A stretch of DNA of 51,590 nt from a virus (Duplodnaviria > Caudoviricetes): the IMG/VR virus record IMGVR_UViG_3300021224_000010, positions 1 to 51,590 of that record, one strand, 5' to 3'. The position numbers and the translations under genes were made by a program. Shown here piece by piece: positions 17,241-25,804 of the stretch. Numbering within the stretch: position 1 is the first letter of the stretch; each line of letters begins with the position of its first letter. Under the pieces are notes generated by a model, which had not been told where the DNA came from, ran no database searches, and saw only the letters and a program-made list of their open reading frames with translations.

Positions 17241-18059
17241 TCATACCGGCTGTCCGTTCCATACGTAAAGCACCCGAGCCAGGAGATGGGTGTCATCCAC
17301 TCGGATTTCCTCGGGGTCGTGGTGCTTGTTGTCCGAAATCATTTTGAAGCGATCCTTGCCTTTCTTCTGCAGGCGCTTCACGTACAGCATCTCGTCGTGG
17401 GAGAAGAGGTAGATACCGTCGCCTGTGAACTCCCGGATCGTGATGTCCACGAGCAATGGGTCGCGATCCTTGATCGTCGGCGCCATCGACTGTCCCCAAC
17501 CAGTGATCATCTTGAGGTGGAAGTGCTCTTTGAAGGTGACGCCCAGGTCGCGCAGATGCTTGGGGCTGACCCTTATGTCCTGAAGCATTTCTGGGTATTC
17601 ATGCGGGATCTGCCCGCCACCCATTGCTGCGCGCACGTCGTAATGCGCGATCCACACCTCGTCACCGACCTGGCCAGGGCGAGAGAAGTCGACGGTGACT
17701 ACGTTGCTCGCTGCATCGGCCGCGGCAACGATTCGGTCTCGAACTTCGCTTGAAAGCCCTTTGACCCTGGCAAGCATTTGTTTCACCTGGTCAGCGGCAG
17801 AGCCAACCAAAGCATCACTTGCTGGATGCTTCGGGCTGGCTTCTTCTCCAGTCGGAATCGAATCGAACCAACCTCTTGGCAGTCCTTCGATGGCCTCAAT
17901 TCGCCGGGCTACATCATCGCCCAGATTCTTCGCAGTCTTGTCCGAAAGGATTTGGCTTAAGTGTGCTGGCGCCATATTCCAGCGCTCGGCGCAGGAGCCT
18001 TTCTTTTGGCTGCCGATCAGCTTGACCAACTGGTGTTTGCGAATTGCATAGATATCCAT
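17241..18059 (-). CDS. cI: CI-like repressor (HTH plus S24 autopeptidase)
   Basis: N-terminal HTH, AAMGGG cleavage-type region, GQSMAP Ser and VKRL Lys; divergent from cro. Confidence 0.93.
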   Translation of the reverse strand: MDIYAIRKHQLVKLIGSQKKGSCAERWNMAPAHLSQILSDKTAKNLGDDVARRIEAIEGLPRGWFDSIPTGEEASPKHPASDALVGSAADQVKQMLARVKGLSSEVRDRIVAAADAASNVVTVDFSRPGQVGDEVWIAHYDVRAAMGGGQIPHEYPEMLQDIRVSPKHLRDLGVTFKEHFHLKMITGWGQSMAPTIKDRDPLLVDITIREFTGDGIYLFSHDEMLYVKRLQKKGKDRFKMISDNKHHDPEEIRVDDTHLLARVLYVWNGQPV

Positions 18060-18078
18060 GCGCGCAAGAATGCCAGCG

Positions 18079-18146
18079 TTTAGCTCAATGCTAAATGTGC
18101 TCAAAGCTAAATATTCCTTGCCATTAAATTAGCCCTAAGCTAAATT
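18079..18146 (+). promoter_or_regulatory. OR operators and pR promoter
   Basis: 17-bp sites at 18079-18095, 18095-18111 and 18128-18144 match OL. TTGCCA (18118)-N17-TAAATT (18141). Confidence 0.8.
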
Positions 18147-18171
18147 TTATCTATGTGTAAGGAGAACTCCC

Positions 18172-18408
18172 ATGAATGACCATCTGCGCGACTGGCTAGC
18201 CAGTACTCCAAATGACAGGCGCCAGGCTGTAGCGGCTGCCGCTAAAACCACTGTGGGACATCTATGGCAGTTGGCAGGTGGTCATCGAAAGGCGTCCGCC
18301 GAACTCGCCACCCGACTGCAAGACGCTTCTGACGATGAGATCACGATTGCCGGTCTTCGCCCAGATCTTCTCGATTTGGCGCACAAGGTTCTGCGTGGCG
18401 CCGCCTGA
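18172..18408 (+). CDS. cro: Cro-like HTH protein
   Basis: 78 aa, TTVGHLWQLAGGHRKAS...LRPD, AAGGAG RBS. Confidence 0.85.
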   Translation: MNDHLRDWLASTPNDRRQAVAAAAKTTVGHLWQLAGGHRKASAELATRLQDASDDEITIAGLRPDLLDLAHKVLRGAA

Positions 18409-18478
18409 CATCCATGCCCGCCAATCCATGTAGCCAGTATCGGCGGCGTGCGGGCATCCGGATAGAGATATGAATTGG

Positions 18479-18494
18479 CTGTTAATTCATACAG
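18479..18494. promoter_or_regulatory. LexA (SOS) box
   Basis: CTGTTAATTCATACAG upstream of the RBS of 18515. Confidence 0.7.
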
Positions 18495-18514
18495 TGCGCA
18501 GTAAGGAGATATAG

Positions 18515-19036
18515 ATGGAATACAAGAAAGAAGAAATCAGCATTCCAGCAAGTGATGCCGAACGCTTCGATCAGCGCACATTCCCGGGGGCTGAAATGTT
18601 TCTTGGCTCGCGGCCGATTCTTACGCCCCAAGAGCGAGAAATCGCGATCGAGGCTTTAGGGCGCAAGTTATCCGGCAGTGGTGCGCCAGCTGCCGCGGCG
18701 GATCTTCTTGCAGGTATTGCTGTTCTCGATGGCGCTCACAGGCCTGTCCTGATCTGGCCAACAGATATGAGCCTCGAAGAGAAGGCCGCCTGGCATGAGC
18801 GAGAGGCGAGCGACCTCAAAGAGCGCGTCCTCCGGTTTCAAGAGCGCATGAAGGCTTCTACTCCCAGTGTCGAGAAAAAACCTCAAGCGCAGACGGGCTT
18901 GATTCAAATGTCTGGCGAATTGGCTCCGATTCTTCCTGCGTTAGCTTCATCTGCGCCAGTTCCTCTCGAAGCAGGTACAGATAGTCGCTCTCCTCAAGCC
19001 CATGAACGGACGCCAGGTTCCAGTGATGCTTGTTGA
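18515..19036 (+). CDS. Hypothetical protein
   Basis: Strong TAAGGAG RBS. The C-terminal part overlaps the convergent gene and may be uninformative. Confidence 0.65.
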   Translation: MEYKKEEISIPASDAERFDQRTFPGAEMFLGSRPILTPQEREIAIEALGRKLSGSGAPAAAADLLAGIAVLDGAHRPVLIWPTDMSLEEKAAWHEREASDLKERVLRFQERMKASTPSVEKKPQAQTGLIQMSGELAPILPALASSAPVPLEAGTDSRSPQAHERTPGSSDAC

Positions 19037-19268
19037 TCAGATAAAGCCGCAACGCATCGATCCATTCGAGGTGTGTCCAGGCAGCGAGAGGATTCTTGCC
19101 GATCCTTTCGGCGAAGCAATGGAGCTTGTATGTGCCGAGAGCTTGCATTTCGGCCTGGTCTCTACTGCTACCCGGCCAGCGCAAGTTCGTGTCATTGCGC
19201 AGCGCGGTTTCAAACGTGCCCACCAAGTCATGCCAATGCGCCTTGTAGTTCATCTGACTGAGTTTCAT
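18858..19268 (-). CDS. Hypothetical protein
   Basis: Start MKLSQ has a GGAGG RBS; 136 aa, globular helical composition. Confidence 0.7.
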   Translation of the reverse strand: MKLSQMNYKAHWHDLVGTFETALRNDTNLRWPGSSRDQAEMQALGTYKLHCFAERIGKNPLAAWTHLEWIDALRLYLINKHHWNLASVHGLEESDYLYLLREELAQMKLTQEESEPIRQTFESSPSALEVFSRHWE

Positions 19269-19355
19269 ATGTCCGGCCTCCGATGGCCTTTTCGTGTGGA
19301 AGCAAAAAGCTACCACGGATGCGCCGGGCACCCATAACGCCTGATTCGTGGGCAT

Positions 19356-19379
19356 AAAAAAACCGCCTGGCAGGGCGGT
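19356..19379 (-). terminator. Intrinsic terminator-like hairpin
   Basis: ACCGCC/GGCGGT stem with a T run on the minus strand. Confidence 0.55.
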
Positions 19380-19414
19380 CCTTTCAACAAATCGTAAAAC
19401 ACTGTGGGGCCATT

Positions 19415-20113
19415 ATGAACACACTTATTGCTCCAAGCAATACGGTCAGTATGTCGAGCCGGGAGATCGCCGATCTCACTGGCAAACATCATCACCATGT
19501 CGTGCGCGACATCAAACGCGACCTTGGCTTAATGAATGTCGATGTATCCAGATTTGGATGCATCTATTTGGACGGTGCAGGCCGTAAGCAGACCGAGTAC
19601 ATGCTCGCGCCTGATCTGGTCCTGACCGTTCTCGCCGGCTACAGCGTACCGCTTCGCCATCGGGTCGTGACACGTTTAATGGAGCTTGAAAAGGTGTCGC
19701 GACACACCGTGTCGATGCCTTCGAACTTCGCCGAAGCACTCCAACTTGCTGCGGATCAAGCCAAGCAGAACGCGTCACTGCAGCAGGTCATTCAGCAGCA
19801 GGAGCCAAAGGTTCAAGCACTTGAGCGCCTGGCCCGCACCCACGGATCGATCTGCATCACCTCGGCTGCCAAGCAGCTTGGTGTTGGCCCGCTGAAGCTC
19901 TTCAAGTGGCTCAGCGACAACCGCTGGATATACCGCCGCACATCCTTCGCTGCCTGGTCTGCATATCAGCCGCGCCTTACATCCGGCCTTCTGGAACACA
20001 AGCTGGTCCGGGTAGGGAAGGGTGCTGATGAAGAGCTCAAGGTTGTTGAGCAGGTCATGGTCACCCGCAAAGGCATCACTCATCTCGCAACAGTCCTTCA
20101 GGAGGCTTTGTAA
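19415..20113 (+). CDS. Rha-family / KilAC-domain antirepressor
   Basis: MSSREIADLTGKHHHHVVRDI N-terminus, PSNFAEALQLAAD linker, VTRKGI C-terminus. Confidence 0.9.
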   Translation: MNTLIAPSNTVSMSSREIADLTGKHHHHVVRDIKRDLGLMNVDVSRFGCIYLDGAGRKQTEYMLAPDLVLTVLAGYSVPLRHRVVTRLMELEKVSRHTVSMPSNFAEALQLAADQAKQNASLQQVIQQQEPKVQALERLARTHGSICITSAAKQLGVGPLKLFKWLSDNRWIYRRTSFAAWSAYQPRLTSGLLEHKLVRVGKGADEELKVVEQVMVTRKGITHLATVLQEAL

Positions 20114-20862
20114 TGGCCGGCGACTGGATCAAATTTGAACTCACGACCCTGGACAAACCTGAGGTTTGCCAGATCGCCGACCTGGCCGATATCGACCCTG
20201 ACGCTGTCGTCGGCAAGCTGATGCGTGTGTGGGGTTGGTTCGACCAACAAACCGAAAATGGTAACGCTCCGAGCGTTAGCAAAAAGTTACTTGATCGTAT
20301 CGTCGGCGTTATCGGTTTCTGCGAGCACATGAAATCGGTCGCATGGATGATTGAGGTCGACGGTGTGATCAGTCTCCCGCATTTCGATCGGCACAATGGG
20401 AAGACCGCCAAGAATAGGCTTCTCACTGCAAAGCGCGTAGCAAACCACAAGGCTAGTAACGGTAAAAGTAACGCTCCGAGCGTTAGCGGCGCGTTACCTA
20501 AAGAAGATGTAGAGAAGAATAAAAACCCTATCTCTGCGCACGAGCCAGTCGATCCTCGCATGCCCAGCGAAATGACCCTCGACTGGGTGCCAGATCAAAA
20601 GCTGCTGACCACCTATGCGTTTCACCGGGGCCTGGATCTGGAATTGTTTACCGAGGAAGTCCGGGTTGCCTTCACTGCGTATTACGAGCCACAGCACCAG
20701 GTAAACACCGAGGCCGAATGGGTGAGCATGTTGGTCAAGTGGGTGAACAGCGACAAGGTTCGCGCCGCAGCCAACAACGTCACGCCTATCCGCCAAAAAC
20801 CGCCGGCCGCGTCTGAGTTTGATGACGACAGCACCGACTGGCAGAACGGAGTGCAGTCGTGA
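20113..20862 (+). CDS. Phage replication initiator (O-like)
   Basis: MAGDWIK...VVGKLMRVWGWFD, internal repeats, C-terminal DnaT-like region, followed by a P-like gene. Confidence 0.82.
   Translation: MAGDWIKFELTTLDKPEVCQIADLADIDPDAVVGKLMRVWGWFDQQTENGNAPSVSKKLLDRIVGVIGFCEHMKSVAWMIEVDGVISLPHFDRHNGKTAKNRLLTAKRVANHKASNGKSNAPSVSGALPKEDVEKNKNPISAHEPVDPRMPSEMTLDWVPDQKLLTTYAFHRGLDLELFTEEVRVAFTAYYEPQHQVNTEAEWVSMLVKWVNSDKVRAAANNVTPIRQKPPAASEFDDDSTDWQNGVQS
20261..20487. repeat. Two copies of 20-bp GTAACGCTCCGAGCGTTAGC (20261-20280, 20468-20487), candidate ori iterons
   Basis: Exact direct repeat, each copy a TAACGCTC-C-GAGCGTTA palindrome, inside the initiator gene. Confidence 0.65.
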
Positions 20863-21545
20863 TGAAGCAGGTAGCCGCAGTAACCCAGGGCCTATGGGCC
20901 AATGCCAAGGCTGGCGAGTTCATTTCGGCAGATGAGGCGCAGGCTCCACAGGACGAAGGCCGCCGCCAGATGGCCGTGGCAATCAACGATCTGTTCATCG
21001 AGCTCCGACTGATTCGATCAGCATGGCGCCAGGCATGGCCGGACAAGGAGACCTATCGCGCCGCCAAGGTCCAGTGGATGCAAGCTTTCCTCGACGAGGG
21101 TATCCGCACGCAGGGCCAGATCGAGTTCGGCATGATCAAGGCGCGCAAGCAGGTTTCCGATTTCATTCCGAGCCCGGGCCAGTTCATTGAGTGGTGCAAA
21201 CCGACCCCTGAAATGCTCGGCTTGCCATCTTTGCCCGCAGCTCACCGCGAAGCAGTGCGCAACGCTCATCCAGGCATGGCGGGACAGGGAAAGTGGTCGC
21301 ACGATGCGGTTTGGCACACGGCCAAGGAATGCGGGTTCGAGAGTCTGAACAAGCTTGATTCCGCGCTCAGCCTGAAGCTGTTTGACCGGAACTACGCGAT
21401 CACCATCCGCCGGCTGATGGCTGGATTGCCGCTTCAGACAATGCCCAAAGCATTGCCATCGAAGGTCGATGGTCGGATTACCCCGGAAGTCGGAAAGGGC
21501 GCCATCGCGGAGTTGCGCGCTCGCCTGGCAGGTGGGTCTCGATGA
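20859..21545 (+). CDS. Replication protein P-like helicase loader
   Basis: FIPSPGQFIEWC motif and position after the initiator. Confidence 0.85.
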   Translation: MMKQVAAVTQGLWANAKAGEFISADEAQAPQDEGRRQMAVAINDLFIELRLIRSAWRQAWPDKETYRAAKVQWMQAFLDEGIRTQGQIEFGMIKARKQVSDFIPSPGQFIEWCKPTPEMLGLPSLPAAHREAVRNAHPGMAGQGKWSHDAVWHTAKECGFESLNKLDSALSLKLFDRNYAITIRRLMAGLPLQTMPKALPSKVDGRITPEVGKGAIAELRARLAGGSR

Positions 21546-21838
21546 GCAAGCTCACCAATGCAGCACGTGATCGCGACTGCCAGGTTCGGTTCCCGGGGTG
21601 TGGCTGCGAATCATCCACAACGGTCCTGGCTCACTACCGGCTTTCCGGCACTTGCGGCGTCGGCATGAAACCCAACGATTTTCAGGGCGCCTGGGCCTGC
21701 GGTTACTGCCATGACATCGCAGATGGCCGGCTCCGCGCGCCGGTGCAGTTGACCCGCGAAGAGGTCCGGCTGTACCTCGCAGAGGGTGTCATGCGCACTC
21801 AAGACATTCTGATTCGTGAAGGGAAGGTGAAGCTTTGA
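21542..21838 (+). CDS. DUF1364/YbcO-like protein
   Basis: ARDRDCQVRFPG, TTVLAHYR, WACGYCHD. Confidence 0.85.
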   Translation: MSKLTNAARDRDCQVRFPGCGCESSTTVLAHYRLSGTCGVGMKPNDFQGAWACGYCHDIADGRLRAPVQLTREEVRLYLAEGVMRTQDILIREGKVKL

Positions 21839-22266
21839 GACTGTTCCCCCTAAAGCCAGTGAGCCCAGCGCCGAAGCGCGCCAAGGGCGTTGACCGGGAA
21901 GGTATGGAGCAAGCTGCCCTGATGAGAGAAATCAGCGTGCGCTACCCGGCCGCTGCGAAGCTGATCTACCACGTCCCGAACGGCGGCTACCGCCACAAAC
22001 TGGTGGCGATCAAGCTCAAAGAGCAGGGCGTGAAGGCCGGCGTTCCCGACCTGGTGCTGCCGATGGCCCGCGGTGGGTATTTCGGGCTGTACATCGAATT
22101 TAAGGCCCGGGCGCCGTATGACGCAGCCGTCTCCCCGGCCCAGGACGCATACCTGCAGGCGCTGACCGATCAGGGTTATTTGGCCATCGTCTGCCGTGGG
22201 CACGTCGACGCCATTGAGGCGATCCGCGCCTACCTACTTCAACCACAAACGAGGGCGGCCGCATGA
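21835..22266 (+). CDS. VRR-NUC domain nuclease
   Basis: HVPNGG, GVKAGVPDL, LYIEFK. Confidence 0.88.
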   Translation: MRLFPLKPVSPAPKRAKGVDREGMEQAALMREISVRYPAAAKLIYHVPNGGYRHKLVAIKLKEQGVKAGVPDLVLPMARGGYFGLYIEFKARAPYDAAVSPAQDAYLQALTDQGYLAIVCRGHVDAIEAIRAYLLQPQTRAAA

Positions 22267-22535
22267 GCCATAACTTCAAGCCGGGCGATCTGGCGCTGGT
22301 TATCAATCACACCTTCCCACCAGTGATCGGCACGTGCGTCGAGCTGATAAGCCGCCATATGGTGAGTCCGGTGGATCGCAAAGACCCAATGGACCCAGGG
22401 GTGTATGAGCAAGAAGGTGGTGATCCGGTATGGGTCGTGAGCGAGGACAAAGCCATCGTTTGGGAGAAGTGGCTGATGCCCCTGCGCGGTGACTTCGCTC
22501 CCGAGCAGCAGAAGTCGCGGGAGGTGATCTCGTGA
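22263..22535 (+). CDS. Hypothetical phage protein
   Basis: FKPGDLALV...LMPLRGD; coupled on both sides. Confidence 0.75.
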   Translation: MSHNFKPGDLALVINHTFPPVIGTCVELISRHMVSPVDRKDPMDPGVYEQEGGDPVWVVSEDKAIVWEKWLMPLRGDFAPEQQKSREVIS

Positions 22536-23812
22536 CGACCGCTGCTGTGAAGATCACCGACGCTGAAATCAAGCGGCAGGCCGCCGGTGCCGCACGCGAT
22601 CTTCGGGACGTCGAGGCCCGAGGCCTTTACCTGCGCTTCGCGAAAGATCGCGTCCGGGGCTCCTGGTACCTGGTGGTAAAGGGAGAGTGGAAGCTGATCG
22701 GCCGGCACCCAGACCTCAGTGCCAAGCAGGTCGCCGCAGCATTGCCAGGCATCCGCTTGCGCCTGGATGCCGGGGAAGGTTCCAACCTGTCCAAGTGGCT
22801 GCTGGTGGACGAGCTGCTGGACTGGTACGCCGATCGCATGGCCCGGGACCGGAGCCTTTCGAGCAAGCGCAAGAAGACAGGTGCCTCATTGATCAAGTGC
22901 CACCTGAAGCCACTGCTCGGCGCTGTGCCGCTGGCCTCGGTTGATAAGTCCACCCTGGATGACCGGTTCATGTGGCCGGCCCAAGAATCCATCGGCATCG
23001 ACTACGTGCGCTCGGCGTTCCAGTTGCTGGCCCTGGCCTTCCGCCAGGCATTCAAGCTGCGCCTGATCACCAGCAACCCGATGAAGGACGTGAAATTCAG
23101 CGATTTCTCCAAGGCCAAGGTCGGGGTCAAGCCGTCGCGGCTGCGTGTCACCCAGCTCCAGGACCTGCTGACCCTGCTGCGCGACTCAATGGTCAGCACC
23201 CCGGCTGACGCCATGCTGGCCCTGATGATGCTGTGCCACGGCACTCGGATCGGCGAGACCCGTCAGGCGCAGTGGTCGCACGTCAGCTTGGCTGAGCGCG
23301 AGTGGTTCATCCCGGCCGAGAACACCAAGACCGGCGTCGAGAACCACCTGCCACTGACCGACCAAGTTCGTCAGCTGCTGATCACCTACCGCGACATTCA
23401 GTGGGCCGGTGGCTATGACGGCCAGTTCCTGTTTCCGTCCCGCAAAGGCAAGTCGCTCAGTGAAGGCCAGGCCAGCGCCGTGTTCGCGCGCCTGGGCGAG
23501 GGTGAATGGACGAGCCACGACCTGCGCAAGGTGGCCCGGACCGGTTGGGCAGACATCGGCATCGACCACCTAATCGGTGAGCTGCTGATCAACCACGCCA
23601 TGGGCCACAACGTGAAGGTGTACATCCAGTCGGACGTGATGGCCCGCAAGCGTGATGCCTTGGATCGGTGGTGTGCGTATCTAGACGCGAAGGGTTTCAG
23701 GCGCATTCATGACTTGACCGGCTTTAGATTGGGAGATTCCGGTAATGCCCCAGAAGCCGCAGAGAACAAGGGCTGCGAGCCCATTCAAGAAACAACCATA
23801 GGCGAGGTTTAA
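22532..23812 (+). CDS. Second tyrosine recombinase
   Basis: GTRIGE, NTKT, SHDLRK, LINH and VY catalytic set; N-terminal arm-like GLYLR. Confidence 0.9.
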   Translation: MTTAAVKITDAEIKRQAAGAARDLRDVEARGLYLRFAKDRVRGSWYLVVKGEWKLIGRHPDLSAKQVAAALPGIRLRLDAGEGSNLSKWLLVDELLDWYADRMARDRSLSSKRKKTGASLIKCHLKPLLGAVPLASVDKSTLDDRFMWPAQESIGIDYVRSAFQLLALAFRQAFKLRLITSNPMKDVKFSDFSKAKVGVKPSRLRVTQLQDLLTLLRDSMVSTPADAMLALMMLCHGTRIGETRQAQWSHVSLAEREWFIPAENTKTGVENHLPLTDQVRQLLITYRDIQWAGGYDGQFLFPSRKGKSLSEGQASAVFARLGEGEWTSHDLRKVARTGWADIGIDHLIGELLINHAMGHNVKVYIQSDVMARKRDALDRWCAYLDAKGFRRIHDLTGFRLGDSGNAPEAAENKGCEPIQETTIGEV

Positions 23813-23814
23813 AA

Positions 23815-24069
23815 ATGGAAAATCTGACGTATTTGTCACTCGTCCACGACCGGGATCAGCGTGTAACAGTTCGGTATCGGGTCGGTGGTGTGCTGGTCAA
23901 AACGGAGGTTCTCGACGAGATGCCGGCTAAGTTCGACGACCAGGAATTGAACGGAGTCGTGTACACGCCTTTCGTGACCGTAGGTGTAGAGAAGGGCATG
24001 CATGATGTTGGCGGTGCACTCATCCCTGCCGCGTGTGATGTGCATCTGCGCAAGGTGGCAGCCAAATGA
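23815..24069 (+). CDS. Hypothetical protein
   Basis: GAGG RBS, ATGA overlap with the next gene. Confidence 0.65.
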   Translation: MENLTYLSLVHDRDQRVTVRYRVGGVLVKTEVLDEMPAKFDDQELNGVVYTPFVTVGVEKGMHDVGGALIPAACDVHLRKVAAK

Positions 24070-24383
24070 AGAAGTCCCACGGCCCAGCATTCCGCGCCGC
24101 TCAGTTGGACCTGGCCAAGTGCCCGGCCTGTCGTGGTCGGGCGGTGATCAAGGGCGTTTTCCACGAACTAGCCTGCGTGCAGTGCAACGCCTCGGGCTGG
24201 GTCACCGCCGGAACCGGTGACGCGCTGCCGCTGGAGGTGCTGGTGACACAGTTGAGCATTCGTCTTCAGGCTGCCGAGAACCAGATCGCACAGTTCAACT
24301 GCTTCAAGCCTGCCGGTGCTGAAGCGCAATACAACGAGAACAACCGCCGTGGCCCTGGTGCCACCAACTTCACAGGGGATTGA
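24066..24383 (+). CDS. Hypothetical protein with DnaJ-like Cys motifs
   Basis: CPACRG...CVQCNASG. Confidence 0.75.
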   Translation: MKKSHGPAFRAAQLDLAKCPACRGRAVIKGVFHELACVQCNASGWVTAGTGDALPLEVLVTQLSIRLQAAENQIAQFNCFKPAGAEAQYNENNRRGPGATNFTGD

Positions 24384-24386
24384 GCC

Positions 24387-24740
24387 ATGGCCTTCACACC
24401 GACCTTTAAAGAACGCACCGCCGAGGATCTTCTAGAGCATTGGGGCCGCTGGGTTGTCCTGGGCTCGGGCGTGTCCTGCTGCGCCTCCCGCGAGAACACA
24501 GTGCTTTCCCCGATCATCACGGATGACGACGCGCTGCTGATCGATGGGCTGATGGGTCGCCTACTTAAGCGCTACCCCGAATGTGGCCAGGTTGTCATGA
24601 AGTACTACACCAGTCGGGACACCTCGCTGATGGAGGTTGGCAAGAAAATGAAGTTCGGCGAGGAGAAGACGCGCGGTCTCTGGAAGGCGGGTATTGCATG
24701 GATTGATGGGGCGTTAGATATTCGTCGTCAGGCCGCTTGA
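24387..24740 (+). CDS. Late antiterminator Q-like protein
   Basis: LLEHWGRWV, ITDDDAL, AGIAWIDG; followed directly by a promoter and terminator. Confidence 0.85.
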   Translation: MAFTPTFKERTAEDLLEHWGRWVVLGSGVSCCASRENTVLSPIITDDDALLIDGLMGRLLKRYPECGQVVMKYYTSRDTSLMEVGKKMKFGEEKTRGLWKAGIAWIDGALDIRRQAA

Positions 24741-24765
24741 CAGGCCCGGGGATGATATATAGATT
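24737..24765 (+). promoter_or_regulatory. Late promoter pR'-like
   Basis: TTGACA (24737)-N17-TAGATT (24760). Confidence 0.75.
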
Positions 24766-24793
24766 TCAGTTACTTTGCGGTTTTTCCGCGAGC

Positions 24794-24821
24794 AAAGCCC
24801 GACCATAGAGTTGGGCTTTTT
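24794..24821 (+). terminator. tR'-like intrinsic terminator
   Basis: AAAGCCCGAC/GTTGGGCTTTTT. Confidence 0.8.
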
Positions 24822-24875
24822 GCTATCTGTCATTTGTGAGAGTATTTCCCTTTACCTTTAACTGAGGGAATAGTT

Positions 24876-25130
24876 GTGGTTAAACAAAATTACAGTGATG
24901 AAATACAGAAGTTGATCAGCTACATAACAGATCAAGTTGCGCGCCATTTCGGTGATCCCTTGATGAATGAGCCGTTTGAAAGGGACTTCGATCGTGGCGA
25001 CGAGGCGATTGAGCATTCACGTTATGTCGGTGAAGGTGCCAGGCTGGGTCTTAGCGAAGATCTCCATCCCATGCGTGTGAGCGTCACGGTCGATGAGGAT
25101 GCTTACCGGTTCAAGGTAGAGCGCCACTAA
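24876..25130 (+). CDS. Accessory hypothetical protein (moron)
   Basis: GAGGG RBS, flanked by two terminators. Confidence 0.6.
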   Translation: MVKQNYSDEIQKLISYITDQVARHFGDPLMNEPFERDFDRGDEAIEHSRYVGEGARLGLSEDLHPMRVSVTVDEDAYRFKVERH

Positions 25131-25171
25131 CTTCTGTCGGCAACAATCTAAAAATACGTTTTTCTATCCGT

Positions 25172-25199
25172 AAAGCCCCAGTAAATGCTGGGGCTTTTT
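25172..25199 (+). terminator. Intrinsic terminator
   Basis: AAAGCCCCAG-loop-CTGGGGCTTTTT. Confidence 0.8.
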
Positions 25200-25231
25200 C
25201 ATTTGCGCTCCCCGAAAGGGAGGACTCGAGA

Positions 25232-25561
25232 ATGCCGAACATGCCAGATAAGCCAGACACCTGGGCATTGATGCTTGCGTGGCTGAGCCAGCATGCGCCG
25301 ATCCTTTACCCGGCAGGGCTGTCCTTCGCCATGGCTGTGTTGCGGATCACCTATGGTGGTGGCTCGCGCCGACAGATGCTGGTGGAAGGCGTGATGTGTG
25401 GCGGCTTGACCCTGACCATCATTAGCGGTCTTGAGTTCTTCGGGCTGCCACAGAGCATGGCCACCTTCGTCGGCGGCTGGGTTGGCTTCCTCGGTGTGGA
25501 GAAGATCCGGTCGATAGCGGACCGGGTGACTGACTTCAAGCTCCCCAACAGGACGCCATAA
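25232..25561 (+). CDS. Holin, lambda S family
   Basis: Three hydrophobic segments, GFLGVEKIR, possible dual start M-P-N-M. Confidence 0.88.
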   Translation: MPNMPDKPDTWALMLAWLSQHAPILYPAGLSFAMAVLRITYGGGSRRQMLVEGVMCGGLTLTIISGLEFFGLPQSMATFVGGWVGFLGVEKIRSIADRVTDFKLPNRTP

Positions 25562-25563
25562 CT

Positions 25564-25761
25564 GTGGCCTGTGGTGGATGTTCCGACAGGCGCGAATGGA
25601 TCATCAAGATGGCGAGGCTGGCATATGAGCGGGCGAGCGAATTGTTTAATGGTCGAGATGCTGACCGAACTGAAGAAGCAAACCGCGCTGCTGGAGCGGA
25701 TGGAGGCGCACCAGGCGCTGCTGATCCAAGTGCTGGCAGAGGAGCAGGACCAAGACCCTGA
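25564..25761 (+). CDS. Small hypothetical protein
   Basis: MACGGCSDRREW start immediately after the holin; overlaps the next ORF. Confidence 0.45.
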   Translation: MACGGCSDRREWIIKMARLAYERASELFNGRDADRTEEANRAAGADGGAPGAADPSAGRGAGPRP

Positions 25762-25804
25762 TGCCATGCCGATGACTTACATGGATGGGAGTAGCGTGAC
25801 CTAA
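25625..25804 (+). CDS. Small coiled-coil hypothetical protein
   Basis: Ends TYMDG; TAATG coupling to HNH. Start uncertain (25625 or 25658). Confidence 0.6.
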   Translation: MSGRANCLMVEMLTELKKQTALLERMEAHQALLIQVLAEEQDQDPDAMPMTYMDGSSVT

